DNA of 64,000 nt from an uncultured Planctomycetota bacterium (GTDB taxonomy: Bacteria > Planctomycetota > Planctomycetia > Isosphaerales > Isosphaeraceae), in assembly GCA_963823665.1 (NCBI GenBank), contig CAWGMQ010000005.1, positions 544,001 through 608,000 on the forward strand, given 5' to 3'. This document shows, one piece after another, positions 31,324 to 42,852 of the stretch. The notes beneath the pieces were generated by a model. That model had not been told where the DNA came from, searched no databases, and was given only the letters and a program-made list of their open reading frames with translations. Within the stretch, counting starts at the first letter, position 1, and every line of letters begins with the position of its first letter. A program made the translations under genes and the position numbers.

Positions 31324-32949
31324 ATGCCAGACGCAATCGATCCGCATTCCGAACGCACGACAGCGGCGCCACCCGGAGAACCGACCCGGGAACAACAGTC
31401 CCTGTCGCCGGCGGCCCAGCCGGCCAACCCGGCTCAGCAAGAGAAGCCCCCCGCGGCGACCAATTCCGGCACGGAGACAGCGAAGAGCCAGCCTTCGCAC
31501 CCTTGGAAGAAGCAGTTGTTAATTCTGGTTCTCGCCAGCGGGGCAGTCGGCGGCGTTTACGCCTTGATCCCCACGATCAAGACCGCGCTCAACACCATCT
31601 CGACGGATGACGCGTATGTCAACGGCCACGTCACGTTCGTGGCGCCGCGGGTTGCCGGCCAGGTAAGCGAGGTGTTGGTCGATGACAATATGCGGGTGAA
31701 GAAAGGAAGCATCCTGGTCCAGCTCGACAAGGAACCCTACCAGGTCAAGCTGGCGATCAAGCGCGCCGCGGTCGTCGCCGCCCAAGCCGACTTGACGGCC
31801 GCGCAGGCCCGGATTCACGGTGTCGTCGGCCTGGTCCGCGCTGGCCGTTTCGGGCTTGAGCGCGCGATTGAGGACGTCAACACCAAGATCGCCGACCTAC
31901 GAGCCTACGTCGCCACGCTCGCGAGCCGGAAGGCAAGCCTCGAGCTGGCGCGCGCCAACTTGAAGCGAGGTGACGAGCTCTTGCCCGGCGGCGGCATCAG
32001 CAAAGAAGATCAGGAAACCAGGCGACAGCAGGCTCAGGTGGCCGAAGCGAATGTCGATCAGGCGCTCGAGGCCGTCTACGCCTCTCGCGTCGGACTCGGG
32101 CTTCCGATCGACCCGGGGCCGGGCAAAGACCTGGGGTATGTTCCGCCCAGCCTCGAGGAGAACTTCTCCTCCGTGCGCCAGTCCCTTAACCAATTGGTCC
32201 AGAACGTGGCTGAGCTCGGCTACACCCCCCCTTCAATCGACGCCACCCCCAAAGAGGCCATGGCTGCGTTTCTCAAGCAAGACCCGGAGGGCAACCTCGA
32301 ACGAATTTATGCCAAGTTGGTTCCCAACGCGCCGGCAATCAAACAAGCCGAGGCCAAGCTTGAAGAGGCCAAGCGCGACCTGGCCCAGGCCGAGCTCGAC
32401 CTTCGCTACTGCGACGTCGTCGCCGAGATCGACGGCGTCGTCACCCGCCGCAACGTCAACCCCGGCAACAACGTCCAGGCCGGCCAGAGCTTGATGGCCG
32501 TCCGCTCCCTCACCGAGATCTGGATCGACGCCAACTTCAAGGAAACCCAGCTCTCTGAGCTGCGAATCGGCCAGCGCGTGAGCTGCGAGGTGGATATGTA
32601 CGGCAAGATTCACGAATATGAAGGGCGAATCACCGGGTTCACGATGGGCACCGGACAAACCCTGTCGCTTCTGCCGCCGCAGAACGCCACCGGCAACTTC
32701 GTGAAGATCGTCCAGCGCCTGCCCGTTCGCATCGAGCTCACAAACTACAAGCCCGACGAGGCGCCGTTGTTCGTCGGCCTTTCGGTTGCTCCTTACGTCT
32801 ACTACAAGGAGAAGCCCGAGGGCCCGCACGCAGGAGAATTCTTGCAACCGCTCCTGAGCCTCCCGCAGGGTACCGCGGTCTCGGACGCCCACTCCGAGGC
32901 CAAGCCGGCCTCAACTTCTAATCAACCTTCGAAGGCGCCGGAACGATGA
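31324..32949 (+). CDS. EmrA/HlyD-family efflux adaptor, copy 1
   Basis: STDDAYVNGH, APRVAG, ANFKETQL, LLPPQNATGNFVKIVQRLPVRI. Confidence 0.92.
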   Translation: MPDAIDPHSERTTAAPPGEPTREQQSLSPAAQPANPAQQEKPPAATNSGTETAKSQPSHPWKKQLLILVLASGAVGGVYALIPTIKTALNTISTDDAYVNGHVTFVAPRVAGQVSEVLVDDNMRVKKGSILVQLDKEPYQVKLAIKRAAVVAAQADLTAAQARIHGVVGLVRAGRFGLERAIEDVNTKIADLRAYVATLASRKASLELARANLKRGDELLPGGGISKEDQETRRQQAQVAEANVDQALEAVYASRVGLGLPIDPGPGKDLGYVPPSLEENFSSVRQSLNQLVQNVAELGYTPPSIDATPKEAMAAFLKQDPEGNLERIYAKLVPNAPAIKQAEAKLEEAKRDLAQAELDLRYCDVVAEIDGVVTRRNVNPGNNVQAGQSLMAVRSLTEIWIDANFKETQLSELRIGQRVSCEVDMYGKIHEYEGRITGFTMGTGQTLSLLPPQNATGNFVKIVQRLPVRIELTNYKPDEAPLFVGLSVAPYVYYKEKPEGPHAGEFLQPLLSLPQGTAVSDAHSEAKPASTSNQPSKAPER

Positions 32950-33004
32950 AAGGCAATCGCTTCGTGGCACAGGAGCTTCTTCATCGTCCCGTGGGAGGCG
33001 CCGC

Positions 33005-34614
33005 ATGACGACCGCGGTCGCAGCCGGAGCCGCCGTCAGCCGGCCCGCGATCAACCCATGGATCGTCGCCGTGGCCGTGGTGGTACCCACCTTCATGGAG
33101 GTGCTCGACACCACGATCGCCAACGTCGCGCTGCGCTACATCGCCGGGGGCCTTCGCGCCGCCAACATCGACAGCGAATGGGTGCTCACCAGCTATCTGG
33201 CCGCCAATGCCACGATCTTGCCCATCTCGGGCTGGCTCTCCGCCCGCCTGGGGCGCCGCAATTACTTCCTCCTCTCCATCGCGGTCTTCACGATCGCCTC
33301 GGGCTTGTGTGGGATGGCGACCAGCCTGAGCCAACTGATCCTGTTTCGCGTGATTCAAGGTTTGGCCGGAGGAGGCCTTCAGCCCTCCAGTCAGGGAATC
33401 CTTCTGGACACGTTCCCGCCCGAAAAACAAGGCGCGGCGATGACAATGTTCGCCGTCGCCGGATTGCTCGCACCGGTCGTCGGCCCGACACTCGGCGGCT
33501 ACCTCACCGTCAACTACGACTGGCGCTGGATTTTTTACATCAATCTTCCGGTCGGCGCCCTCGGTTTCCTGGCGGCTTACCTCTTCGTGCGAGACCCGGA
33601 ATCTCTCGTGAACGAACGGGCAAAACTGCGGCGCCAGCCACTGAACTTCGACTATGTCGGCCTGGGCCTGCTCATTCTGGTCATGTCCTCCTGGGAAATC
33701 ATGCTCAGCAAAGGCCAGGAATGGGATTGGTATAACGACCCGTTCTGGCGCGTGCAGACGCTGTTCTTCACGTTCACGGGCGGCCTTCTCATCCTGATTT
33801 TCTGGGAGCTTCGGATCACCAATCCGGTCGTTAACTTCCGTCCCCTGGCAGAGCGCAATCTTGCCACGTCATGCTTCATCATCTTTTGTGCGTACGCCGT
33901 CCTCTATTCCGCCAGCACGTCTTTGCCAGGGCTACTGCAATCGCTCTTCGGTTACGACGCCTACGTATCGGGATTGGTCCAGTCGCCCTCAGGTATCTTC
34001 TCGATCATCATGTTGGTGATAGTCGGCTTCATACTCGGACGAGGCGCCGACGCCCGCTGGTTGATCGGCGTCGGCCTCTTGATCATGGCCGCCGGCAATT
34101 ACTGGATGGCGATGATGAACCTCTATATCGCACCAACCCAGGTTATCTGGCCCCGGGTCGTTCTCATCTGCGGCCTGTCGATGATCTTCGCACCAATCAG
34201 CGTCGCCGCTTTCAAATACACACCCCCGCATCTGCGCCAGCCGCCGTCGGTTTGTTTGCCTTGCTCCGGAACGAAGGGGGAAGCGTCGGCACCTCCCTCG
34301 CCCAAACCGTCGTTCAGCGCCGATCGCAATTCCACAGTGCGCGCGTCGGCGAGTTCCTCGACCCGCTCAACCCGACCGTCCGCTCTTTCGCTGAACAAAC
34401 CAGTGCCGCCTTCCTGCAACAAACCGGCGACCCCGCCGGCTCAAACCAGATGGCCCTGCAAGTCCTGGACGACCTGCGCCAGCAGCAGGCGGTGTCGCTC
34501 GCCTACTTTGACACCTTCTGGTTGTTAGCTATGCTCGCCCTGGTGCTAGTCCCCCTGGTTCTCTTGATGAAGCCCTCGGCCGCTGCAAAGGGCGAACACA
34601 TCGCCGCGGATTGA
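33005..34614 (+). CDS. EmrB/DHA2 MFS efflux permease, copy 1; indel near 34237
   Basis: FMEVLDTTIANVAL, WRWIFYINLPVG. The C-terminus (LLRNEGGSVG...GEHIAAD) is in ORF 33871..34614 and matches copy 2. Confidence 0.9.
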
Positions 34615-34881
34615 ATAAGACCGAACGGCAAGATCGATCCGATCCGTGTCAGCGCGGCCGACTCGGCTTCTTGTGTTATGGCGCGGCTCTCCGTTCAAGG
34701 TCATCCGCGGCGTTCGCAATCGTACAGGCCAGGTCCGCTGTCCAGTTGAGCTTTCGCGATGTTGTTGCTATTTCGCGATCGCAAACTGAGAATGGGCCGG
34801 CTGCTATCCGGAATGGTTAGAAATCTTCGAGTTGGCTCTCACTCACCGCAAGCGGGGCGCGTGCGCTCCGAGGGGTTAAAC

Positions 34882-37002
34882 ATGACGATCCCGACCGACA
34901 AGAGCCCGAGCATCAAGTCCCGCAGGCACCCGCTCGACGAGCTGTCGATCAACACGATCCGCACTCTCGCCATCGACGCGGTCCAGGCCGCGAACTCGGG
35001 CCACCCCGGAACGCCCATGGCGATGGCCCCGGTCGCTTACTACTTGTGGCAATACGTGCTGCGATTCGACCCGAAGGACCCGATCTGGCCCAACCGCGAC
35101 CGCTTCGTCCTCTCCTCGGGCCACGCCTCGATGCTCCTTTATGCGCTCTTGCACCTGACGGGCGTTCGGGCTGTGAGCAAGGACTACGAGCGGCTGGGCG
35201 AGCCCTCCGTCCCCCTCGAGGCGATCAAGGCGTTCCGGCAACTGCACAGCCGCTGTCCCGGCCATCCGGAGTACCGCTGGACCTCGGGCGTCGAGACCAC
35301 AACCGGGCCGCTCGGGCAGGGCCTGGCCAACAGCGTCGGCATCGCGATGGCGGGCCGCTGGATGGCTGCGCACTACAACCGTCCCGGCTTCGACGACCTG
35401 ATCAACTTCAACGTCTACTCACTTTGCGGCGACGGCTGCATGATGGAGGGCATCTCCTCCGAGGCCGCCTCGCTCGCCGCGCACTGGAAGCTCTCCAACC
35501 TCTGCTGGATCTACGACAACAATCACATCACGATCGAGGGAAACACCGCGCTGGCCTTCAGCGAGGACGTCGCCACCCGGTTCCTCGGCTACGGCTGGAA
35601 CGTCACCCGCGTGGGCGACGCAAACGACCTCGACCTGCTCGATCGCGCCTTCGGCGTATTCTTGAACGAGCACGAGCGGCCGACCTTGATCATCATCGAT
35701 AGCCACATCGGTTGGGGCGCGCCCAGCAAGCAGGACACAAGCGCCGCCCACGGCGAGCCCCTGGGCGAGAACGAAGTCCGGCTGACCAAGCGCAATTACC
35801 ACTGGCCCGAGGACGCGAAGTTCCTCGTGCCCGACGGGGTCTACGACAACTTCCGCGACGGCATCGGCCGGCGGGGGGCGGAGCTGCGCCAAGCCTGGTT
35901 CGCGCACCTGGAGCGGTACCTCGCCGAGTATCCCGAGCTGGCCGACCAGCTCGACCGAATGCAGCACCGCCGGCTCCCCGACGGCTGGGATGCAAGCCTG
36001 CCGTCCTTCCCCCCCGACCGCAAGGGGATGGCCACTCGGAACTCATCGGGCCTGGTCTTGAACGCGGTCGCCCAAAATGTTCCCTGGTTGTTGGGCGGCG
36101 CTGCCGACCTGGCCCCGTCTACAAAGACGCGCCTTACGTTCGACGGTGCCGGCGACTTCGAGGCCGGCAGCTACCAGGGCCGCAATCTCCATTTCGGCAT
36201 CCGCGAGCACGCGATGGGAGCCATCCTGAACGGCATGGCGCTGGTCAAGGTCAGGGCCTTCGGCTCCGGGTTCTTGATCTTCAGCGACTATGGCCGGATG
36301 CCCATCCGCCTGGCGGCGATCATGGAAATTCCGGTGATCTACATCTTCACGCACGACTCGATCGGCGTCGGTGAGGACGGACCGACCCACCAGCCGGTCG
36401 AGCAACTGGCGTCGTTGCGCGCGATCCCCGGCCTGATCGTGCTGCGACCCGCCGATGCCAACGAGGTCGTCGAAGCGTGGAAGGTCATCATGCAGCTCGA
36501 TCACCAGCCGGCGGCTCTTATCCTCACACGCCAGGATCTCCCTACGCTCGACCGCGCACGGTATGCCCCGGCGTCGGGTCTCGCCAAGGGTGCCTACATC
36601 CTCGCCGATGCGCAGGGCGAGAAGCCCGACGTCCTGCTCCTGGCCACCGGCAGCGAGGTCTCGCTCTGTGTCGAGGCGCACGAGCGACTCACCGCCGAAG
36701 GCATCCGATCGCGCGTCATCAGCATGCCGTCGTGGGAGCTCTTCCACGACCAGGACGCGTCCTATCGCGATTCGGTCTTACCCCCCGATGTCACCGCTCG
36801 AGTCTCCGTCGAGCAAGCGTCGGTCTTCGGCTGGGCGAGCTACGTTGGGCTGGCCGGCACCAGCATCGGGATGCGGTCGTTCGGGTCCTCGGCCCCGCTC
36901 AAGGACCTCCAGCAGGAATTCGGCTTCACGGTGGAGCGAGTCGTCGAAGCCGCCAAGTCTCAGTTGGGTCGCTCGAACACGCGATGTCCCGACTCGCCTT
37001 GA
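34882..37002 (+). CDS. tkt: Transketolase
   Basis: ANSGHPG, NRDRFVLSSGH, GVETTTGPLGQG, GDGCMMEG, FGIREHAM, HDSIGVGEDGPTHQP. Confidence 0.97.
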   Translation: MTIPTDKSPSIKSRRHPLDELSINTIRTLAIDAVQAANSGHPGTPMAMAPVAYYLWQYVLRFDPKDPIWPNRDRFVLSSGHASMLLYALLHLTGVRAVSKDYERLGEPSVPLEAIKAFRQLHSRCPGHPEYRWTSGVETTTGPLGQGLANSVGIAMAGRWMAAHYNRPGFDDLINFNVYSLCGDGCMMEGISSEAASLAAHWKLSNLCWIYDNNHITIEGNTALAFSEDVATRFLGYGWNVTRVGDANDLDLLDRAFGVFLNEHERPTLIIIDSHIGWGAPSKQDTSAAHGEPLGENEVRLTKRNYHWPEDAKFLVPDGVYDNFRDGIGRRGAELRQAWFAHLERYLAEYPELADQLDRMQHRRLPDGWDASLPSFPPDRKGMATRNSSGLVLNAVAQNVPWLLGGAADLAPSTKTRLTFDGAGDFEAGSYQGRNLHFGIREHAMGAILNGMALVKVRAFGSGFLIFSDYGRMPIRLAAIMEIPVIYIFTHDSIGVGEDGPTHQPVEQLASLRAIPGLIVLRPADANEVVEAWKVIMQLDHQPAALILTRQDLPTLDRARYAPASGLAKGAYILADAQGEKPDVLLLATGSEVSLCVEAHERLTAEGIRSRVISMPSWELFHDQDASYRDSVLPPDVTARVSVEQASVFGWASYVGLAGTSIGMRSFGSSAPLKDLQQEFGFTVERVVEAAKSQLGRSNTRCPDSP

Positions 37003-40000
37003 AAAGTGTCCCAGATGCGAACCGTCAAGTCGCCGGAAGCGGAGGCCAGTCGCGTCCCGTCGGGGCTGAAGGCGACGGCATGAACATAGGCCTGGTGTCC
37101 TCGCAGCTCGCAGACGTCTTTCCCTGTTGCCACGTCCCATATCCGGATGGTGTTGTCACTGCACCCCGTCGCCAGACGGGTGCCGTCCGGACTGAACGCC
37201 AGGCCGTACACCCGGTTCACGTGCGGCAAGACGTGGAGCTGCTGGTGCGTGTTGGCGTTCCAGAGGTGCACATTGCCGTCCCTCGAGCTGGCAGCGAGGA
37301 ACCGGCCGTCCGCGGCGTATGCGATCCGATAGCCCTCCGCGTCTCCGGGCAGGATCGTGACAGCGGTCCGCTTTGCCAGATTCCAGAGGCGCACGGTCCG
37401 GTCGTATCCAACGCTCGCAAGTTGGTTCCCTTCGGGGTTGAATGCCACGTCGAGAACTGATCCCTCATGCCCTTGCAACACACCCGCCGGCGTCCCGGTG
37501 GCCACATCCCAGAGACGTATGGAGCCGTCTCGACTCCCCGAGGCCAGCAGCGTGCCCGCGGAGTTGAAGACTGCTCGAGCTTCCCCGTTCCAGTCGCCGG
37601 TAGGTGCCTTGAAGATATGCAGAGGTTTGCCGGTGCACAGATCCCAGAGGGTGATCGTCTCGCCGCGTGTTGCTGTGGCAAGTTGCTTGCCGTCGGGATG
37701 CCATGCCACAGAGCCGACGATTGTGTCGTCCCGTTTCCCTTGTTCGTGTTGCAGCACGGCGGCCGGCCGGCCGGTGTTCGCGTCCCAGACACGGGCAGTG
37801 CCGTCCCAGGCCGCGGATGCCACCTGCGTGCAATCCGGGCTGAAGGCGACGTCGTATACGAAGCCGTCGTGACCACGCAGGATTCCGTTCCGTTCCGCTA
37901 GCTTCATGTCCCAGACGCGCGCCTCGCCGTCGGACGCGACCGACACCAGAAGCGAGCTGTGCGCGGCGAACGCCGCCGCATGGACCTCGGCCGTGTGCCC
38001 GCGCAGCACGGCAACCAACTGCCCGAGCTCCGAGTCCCAGACCCGTAACGTCTGATCAGCCGACGCCGTGATCACTCGCTTACCGTCGGAGCTGAAAATC
38101 GCGTTCCACAGGTCGCCCGAGTAGTCGCGAAGCTGGGCAAGCCGCTCGCCGGTGACGCCGTCCCACAGCCAGGCCTGTTCGGCGGAGGCCGAAACGGCAC
38201 GTTGGCCGCCTGAGTCGAAGGTGATACTTCGGATCGTGTTCACGTGGCCGGTTACCACGGCAATCGGTCGTCCCGTCGCTGACTCCCACAGCCGAACGGC
38301 GACATCAGGGTAGGTCCCTCCCGAGGCAAGCCGCGCCCCGTCAGGGCTGAACGCCAGGACCTCAGGGCAAAATGTGTGGCCGCACAGCACGGCGATCTCC
38401 CTTCCGGTCACGCCATCCCATAAGCGGATATTCTTCTCATCGTGGTCGCATGACGCGATCCGATTGCCGTCCGGACTCACCACCAGGTGGACGACTTGAG
38501 CTTGATGGGTTCCTAGCGCCGCGATCTGCCGGCCCGAGCGCGCGTCGTATACGCGAGCCTCGCGATCGATTCCGATCACGAGTCGCCGGCTGTCCGGCGT
38601 GAAAATCACAGCAAAACGCCTCACCGGCCCGCCGAGAACGGCGACCTGCCCGCCCGTGGTGGCGTCCCACAACCGAGCGGACCCTCCACCCACCGAGCAG
38701 ATCCGCAACCCATCTGGACTGTAGTAAAGCCAATCGACTGGATTCTCATGCCCGCGCAGCACCGCGACTTCTTTCAAGGTCGCCGGGTCCCACAAACGAA
38801 CGGTCTTGTCGGCGGAACCGGAGGCGAGACGCTTGCCGTCGGGGCTGTACGCCAGCATCTCCACCGGGCCCGCGTGGCCGACCAGGGCGCCGGTGACCTT
38901 ACCTGTCGCCGTTTCCCAGAGGTTGACGGCACGCCCATCCTTGTCCACAACGGCGACCTGATCACCCGACGGGCTGATAGTCGGCAGTCGCAACGAACGC
39001 ATCGGTCGGCGTGCCGGGCATGACGGCGCGTGAGTTGTCGAGCTGACTCTTCAGGTGTCGCCACTCCCAGTTGCGATGCTCTTCCGGCGCCGCCTCGAGG
39101 GCCCGCCGTGCCGTGCCGCTGTTGTTCTGGAATTGAAGCGCCGACGCGGCAGCCGAGATGTTCGAACGATAGCGTTCCCAGCGCTCGGACTTGACCGCCA
39201 GCTCGGCCGTTTGCCGGGCTTCGACCGCGCTGCGCCACTGCCAGAGGATGGTCGCGATCGCGACCATGCCGGTAGCGAGCACAATGCTCAGGGACGCCAC
39301 CGGAACCGGGTTCCGCTTGCCCCATCGCGCCAGCCGAACGAGGGGCCCCGCCGGGCGCGCCCTGATGGGTTCGTGATTCAGGAACCGACGTAGATCCTCC
39401 GCCAGAGCGCCCGCCGTCGCATATCGCCCGCCTGGCTCCTTCTCCAGGCACTTCAGGCAGACCGTTTCCAGGTCCCTGGGAACCCTGGCGTTGAGCCGTG
39501 ACGGCGATACTGGCTCATGCTCGATGACCTGGCGCTCCGTCTCGGCCGCCGTCTCCGCGCGGAATGGCGGCCGGCCCGTTAACAGCTCGTAGAGGATCGC
39601 ACCCAGTGCGTAGATGTCCAGACCGGGACCGAGGGCATGCGAGAGGCCCCGAGCCTGCTCCGGGGCCATGTAGCTGGGTGTGCCCACCCTGGCGCCGCTC
39701 AGTGTAAGGGTGGCTCCGCCCTCCTGTCGCCGGGCGAGGCCGAAGTCGCCGATCTTGGGCGTGCCGTCGGCGGTAAGCAGCACGTTGGACGGCTTGAGAT
39801 CACGGTGAATGATCCCCCCTTTGTGTGCGGCCTCTACGGCCGACGCCAGGGTCGCGACCAAAAGCGCGGCTTGATGAGCAGGCATCGGCGTACCCGATAG
39901 TTGCTCGGCCAGGCTGCCGCCGTCGACAAACTCCATGGTGTAGTACGGTCTTCCGTCCGAGTCACCGACGTCGTGAATCTGCACGACGTTGGGGTGCCGA

Positions 40001-40404
40001 AGCCCAGCCACCGCCTCCGCCTCCCGCTGGAACCGCTCCCGTTCGTACGGGCTTGTGTACGCGCCGGCGAGCGCCATCTTCAGTGCCACGATGCGGTTCA
40101 AGCGCAGGTGCCGGGCCCGGAAGACGACGCCCATGCCACCGCGGCCCAGCAACTCCTGGACTTCATAGCCGGGAATCTGGGGCAGATCTGAGCCTGGCTC
40201 AAGCGATCCAGGTTCCCCCGCAGGCGAACTGGACAACGGCAGCGGGAAGAACGCGTCTAACTGAGCGTCGCACGCGTGCAGTCGGCGAAAGCGATTGAGG
40301 ACCTGCGGCAGCAACTCCGGGGAATGACGACACACTTCTTCAGGCGTATCCCCCGATTCCAGGAGCTCTTCGAGCAGCTCTTGTACGCGCGGATCACCGG
40401 CCAT
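36960..40404 (-). CDS. Ser/Thr protein kinase with TM segment and about 16 WD40 repeats; indel near 38980
   Basis: LGRGGMGVV, VALKM, HRDLKPSN, DFG, YMAPE (38962..40446), followed by GH...WD repeats (36960..39002). Start MAGDPR chosen by homology with kinase 2. Confidence 0.9.
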
Positions 40405-40476
40405 CGGGTCTCTCTCAACTCGTTTGTCTGGCGCGGCTTTTGACACCGATCTCGGTCGTTCTCCGACTCCACGTGA

Positions 40477-41095
40477 CTAAGCGTTCGCCGGCGGCTCTTC
40501 TTTCGGTCGCAGGTCGTCCAGCTCTTCCGCAAGCAACAGCCGGGCACGATTCAGACGCCGTTGCACCGTCTTGGCCGAAACGTCAAGCACTTCGGCGGCC
40601 TCGGTCTTGGTCAGGCCCTGCAGGCGCACCAGGCCGAAGACTTCCCGCTCTTCGTCCGGCAATTTGTCGATTGCGTCCAGCATCCGACGGCCATCCGCAC
40701 TGATTCCGGAACCGCTGCTCGCCGGCGCCGGAACGATTCCTTCCTGCAGTTCCATCGCAAGCCGGCTGTTCATCTAAGCGGCGGGCCAGGTCATTGAGCT
40801 GCCAGCGCATATGCTGATTGGCCAGCGCAAAGAACTGGCGTACGGTCTGTGGACGGATTGACCGCATCGCCTTGAGCAACCCTTCCACCACTCCGCTGAG
40901 CATCTCGTCGGTCTCGAGATTCAGCGGCGGCTTTGTCAAACGCGGGTAACTTCGGTGCAGCAAATTGGCGCATAGCACGTGCAGCCGGTGGGCGGCCCGC
41001 TCCAATAGCGCGCGTACAATCGGCTCGGCGGGCGAGTCCGCGGCCAGCTCATCGAGGTAGCGCTGGACAACGGCCGTGGTGTGTTCTTCGATCAT
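40477..41095 (-). CDS. ECF sigma-70 factor; indel near 40762
   Basis: Sigma2-like FFALANQHMRWQLNDLARR and sigma4 IDKLPDEEREVFGL...EAAEVLDVSAKTVQRRLNRAR in two overlapping ORFs; directly upstream of the kinase. Confidence 0.88.
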
Positions 41096-41153
41096 GCATG
41101 GTGCCGGCCAAATGTGCAGTAATCCCGAGCCACCATGGATGTTACCCGATCCG

Positions 41154-41173
41154 GTGTCCCCCTCCTACTCTCA
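41154..41173 (+). promoter_or_regulatory. Motif GTGTCCCC-N5-ACTCTCA, copy 1
   Basis: GTGTCCCCCTCCTACTCTCA upstream of and divergent from the ECF gene. Confidence 0.65.
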
Positions 41174-41181
41174 ACTGAGGT

Positions 41182-42852
41182 CTACTCTGCCCCGACGTGC
41201 TCTCCCTTCTCCGCCACGGATCGCTTCATGAGCGGTACCAGAACGATCAAACCGAACGCCAGAACGCCGAACAGCCAGAAGACATCGAAGTAGGCCAGCG
41301 AAACCGCTTGCTGCTGGCGGAGGTCCGAGAGCGACTGCAAGGCCATCTCCTGCGACGCGCCCGGGTCACCCGTCTGCTGGAAGTAGAAGGCCCGGGCCTG
41401 CTGGAGAAACGAGGCCACCGCGGGGTTGAGGGGGTCGAGAAACTCGCCCACGCGCGCCGTGTGGAAATGTTCGCGTCGCCACTCGAGGGCCGGGGCCAGG
41501 GACGTGCCGACGCTGCCTCCCTCGTTGCGGAGCAAGGAGAACAGGCCGACCGCGGCCCCACGCAGATTGGGGGGGATGTACTTGAAGGCGGCCACGCTGA
41601 TCGGAGCGAAGATCAGCGACAGCCCGGTGATCAACACCACCCGTGGCCAGATCACCACCGTCGGGCTGATATACAAGTTCATGTAGGCCATCCAGCAATT
41701 CCCGCAGCCCATGATCAAGAGACCAAGTGCAATCAACCAGCGGGCATCGACGCCCCGACCGATCAACGCGCCGACAACGAACAAACCCATGACGGAGAAA
41801 ACGCCCGAGGGTGACTGCACGAGCCCCGAGACATAGGCGTCGTAGCCGAACTGGGACTGGAGCAGGCCCGGAAGGGACGTGCTGGCTCCGTAGAGCACAC
41901 CGAACGCACAGAAGATGATGATGGAGCAGACCGTGAAGTTCCGCTCGAGGAGCGGCCGGAAGTTGACCACCGGATTGGCAATCCGCGTCTCCCGGAAGAC
42001 CAGGCTGCCCAGCCCGAGAACGAACACGATGAAGAGCGTCTGCACCCGCCAGAAGGCGTCATTGTACCAATCCCACTCCTGCCCCTTGCTGAGCATCACT
42101 TCCCAGCTCGACATGACCAGGGTTAGCAGCCCCAGGCCGATGTAGTCGAAATTGAGCGGTTGCTTTTGCAGCTCGGCCCGCTGCTTTTTGAGGTAGGCGG
42201 GATCGTCGACCAGGAGGTAAGACAGGAGGAAGCCGATGGCACCGACGGGGAGATTGATGTAGAAGATCCAGCGCCAGTCGTAGGTGACCGTGAGATAACC
42301 GCCCAAAGTCGGGCCGACAACCGGCGCCAGCAGGGCCGCCACGCCGAACATCGTCTGGGCGGCGCCTTGTTTCTCGGGCGGGAAGCTGTCTAGGAGGATG
42401 GCCTGGCTGGAAGGCTGGAGTCCGCCGCCGCCCAAGCCCTGGATCACCCGGAACAGAATCAGTTGTTCGAGGCTGGTGGCCATGCCGCAGAGACCCGAAG
42501 CGATGGTGAAAATGGCGATCGAGATCAGGAAGTAGTTGCGACGGCCGAGGTGGGCCGACAGCCAGCCCGTGATCGGCAAGATCGTGGCATTGGCCGCGAG
42601 GTAGCTGGTGAGGACCCAATCACTATCGACGTTGGCCGCCGACAGACCGCCGGCGATGTACCGCAGCGCGACGTTGGCGATCGTGGTATCGAGCACTTCC
42701 ATGAAGGTGGGCACGACCACGGCGGCCGCGACGAACCAGGGGTTCAACGCCGGACGGCTCGCGGCGGTCGGGGCAGGGCCACGCTGCTCATGCGGGGGCT
42801 CCTTCAGTGCGAGCAATGACAGATCGGGGATCGCAGGGCTCCCTTGATTCAT
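41182..42852 (-). CDS. EmrB/DHA2 MFS efflux permease, copy 2
   Basis: Intact 556-aa ORF with the same motifs as copy 1. Confidence 0.93.
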   Translation of the reverse strand: MNQGSPAIPDLSLLALKEPPHEQRGPAPTAASRPALNPWFVAAAVVVPTFMEVLDTTIANVALRYIAGGLSAANVDSDWVLTSYLAANATILPITGWLSAHLGRRNYFLISIAIFTIASGLCGMATSLEQLILFRVIQGLGGGGLQPSSQAILLDSFPPEKQGAAQTMFGVAALLAPVVGPTLGGYLTVTYDWRWIFYINLPVGAIGFLLSYLLVDDPAYLKKQRAELQKQPLNFDYIGLGLLTLVMSSWEVMLSKGQEWDWYNDAFWRVQTLFIVFVLGLGSLVFRETRIANPVVNFRPLLERNFTVCSIIIFCAFGVLYGASTSLPGLLQSQFGYDAYVSGLVQSPSGVFSVMGLFVVGALIGRGVDARWLIALGLLIMGCGNCWMAYMNLYISPTVVIWPRVVLITGLSLIFAPISVAAFKYIPPNLRGAAVGLFSLLRNEGGSVGTSLAPALEWRREHFHTARVGEFLDPLNPAVASFLQQARAFYFQQTGDPGASQEMALQSLSDLRQQQAVSLAYFDVFWLFGVLAFGLIVLVPLMKRSVAEKGEHVGAE

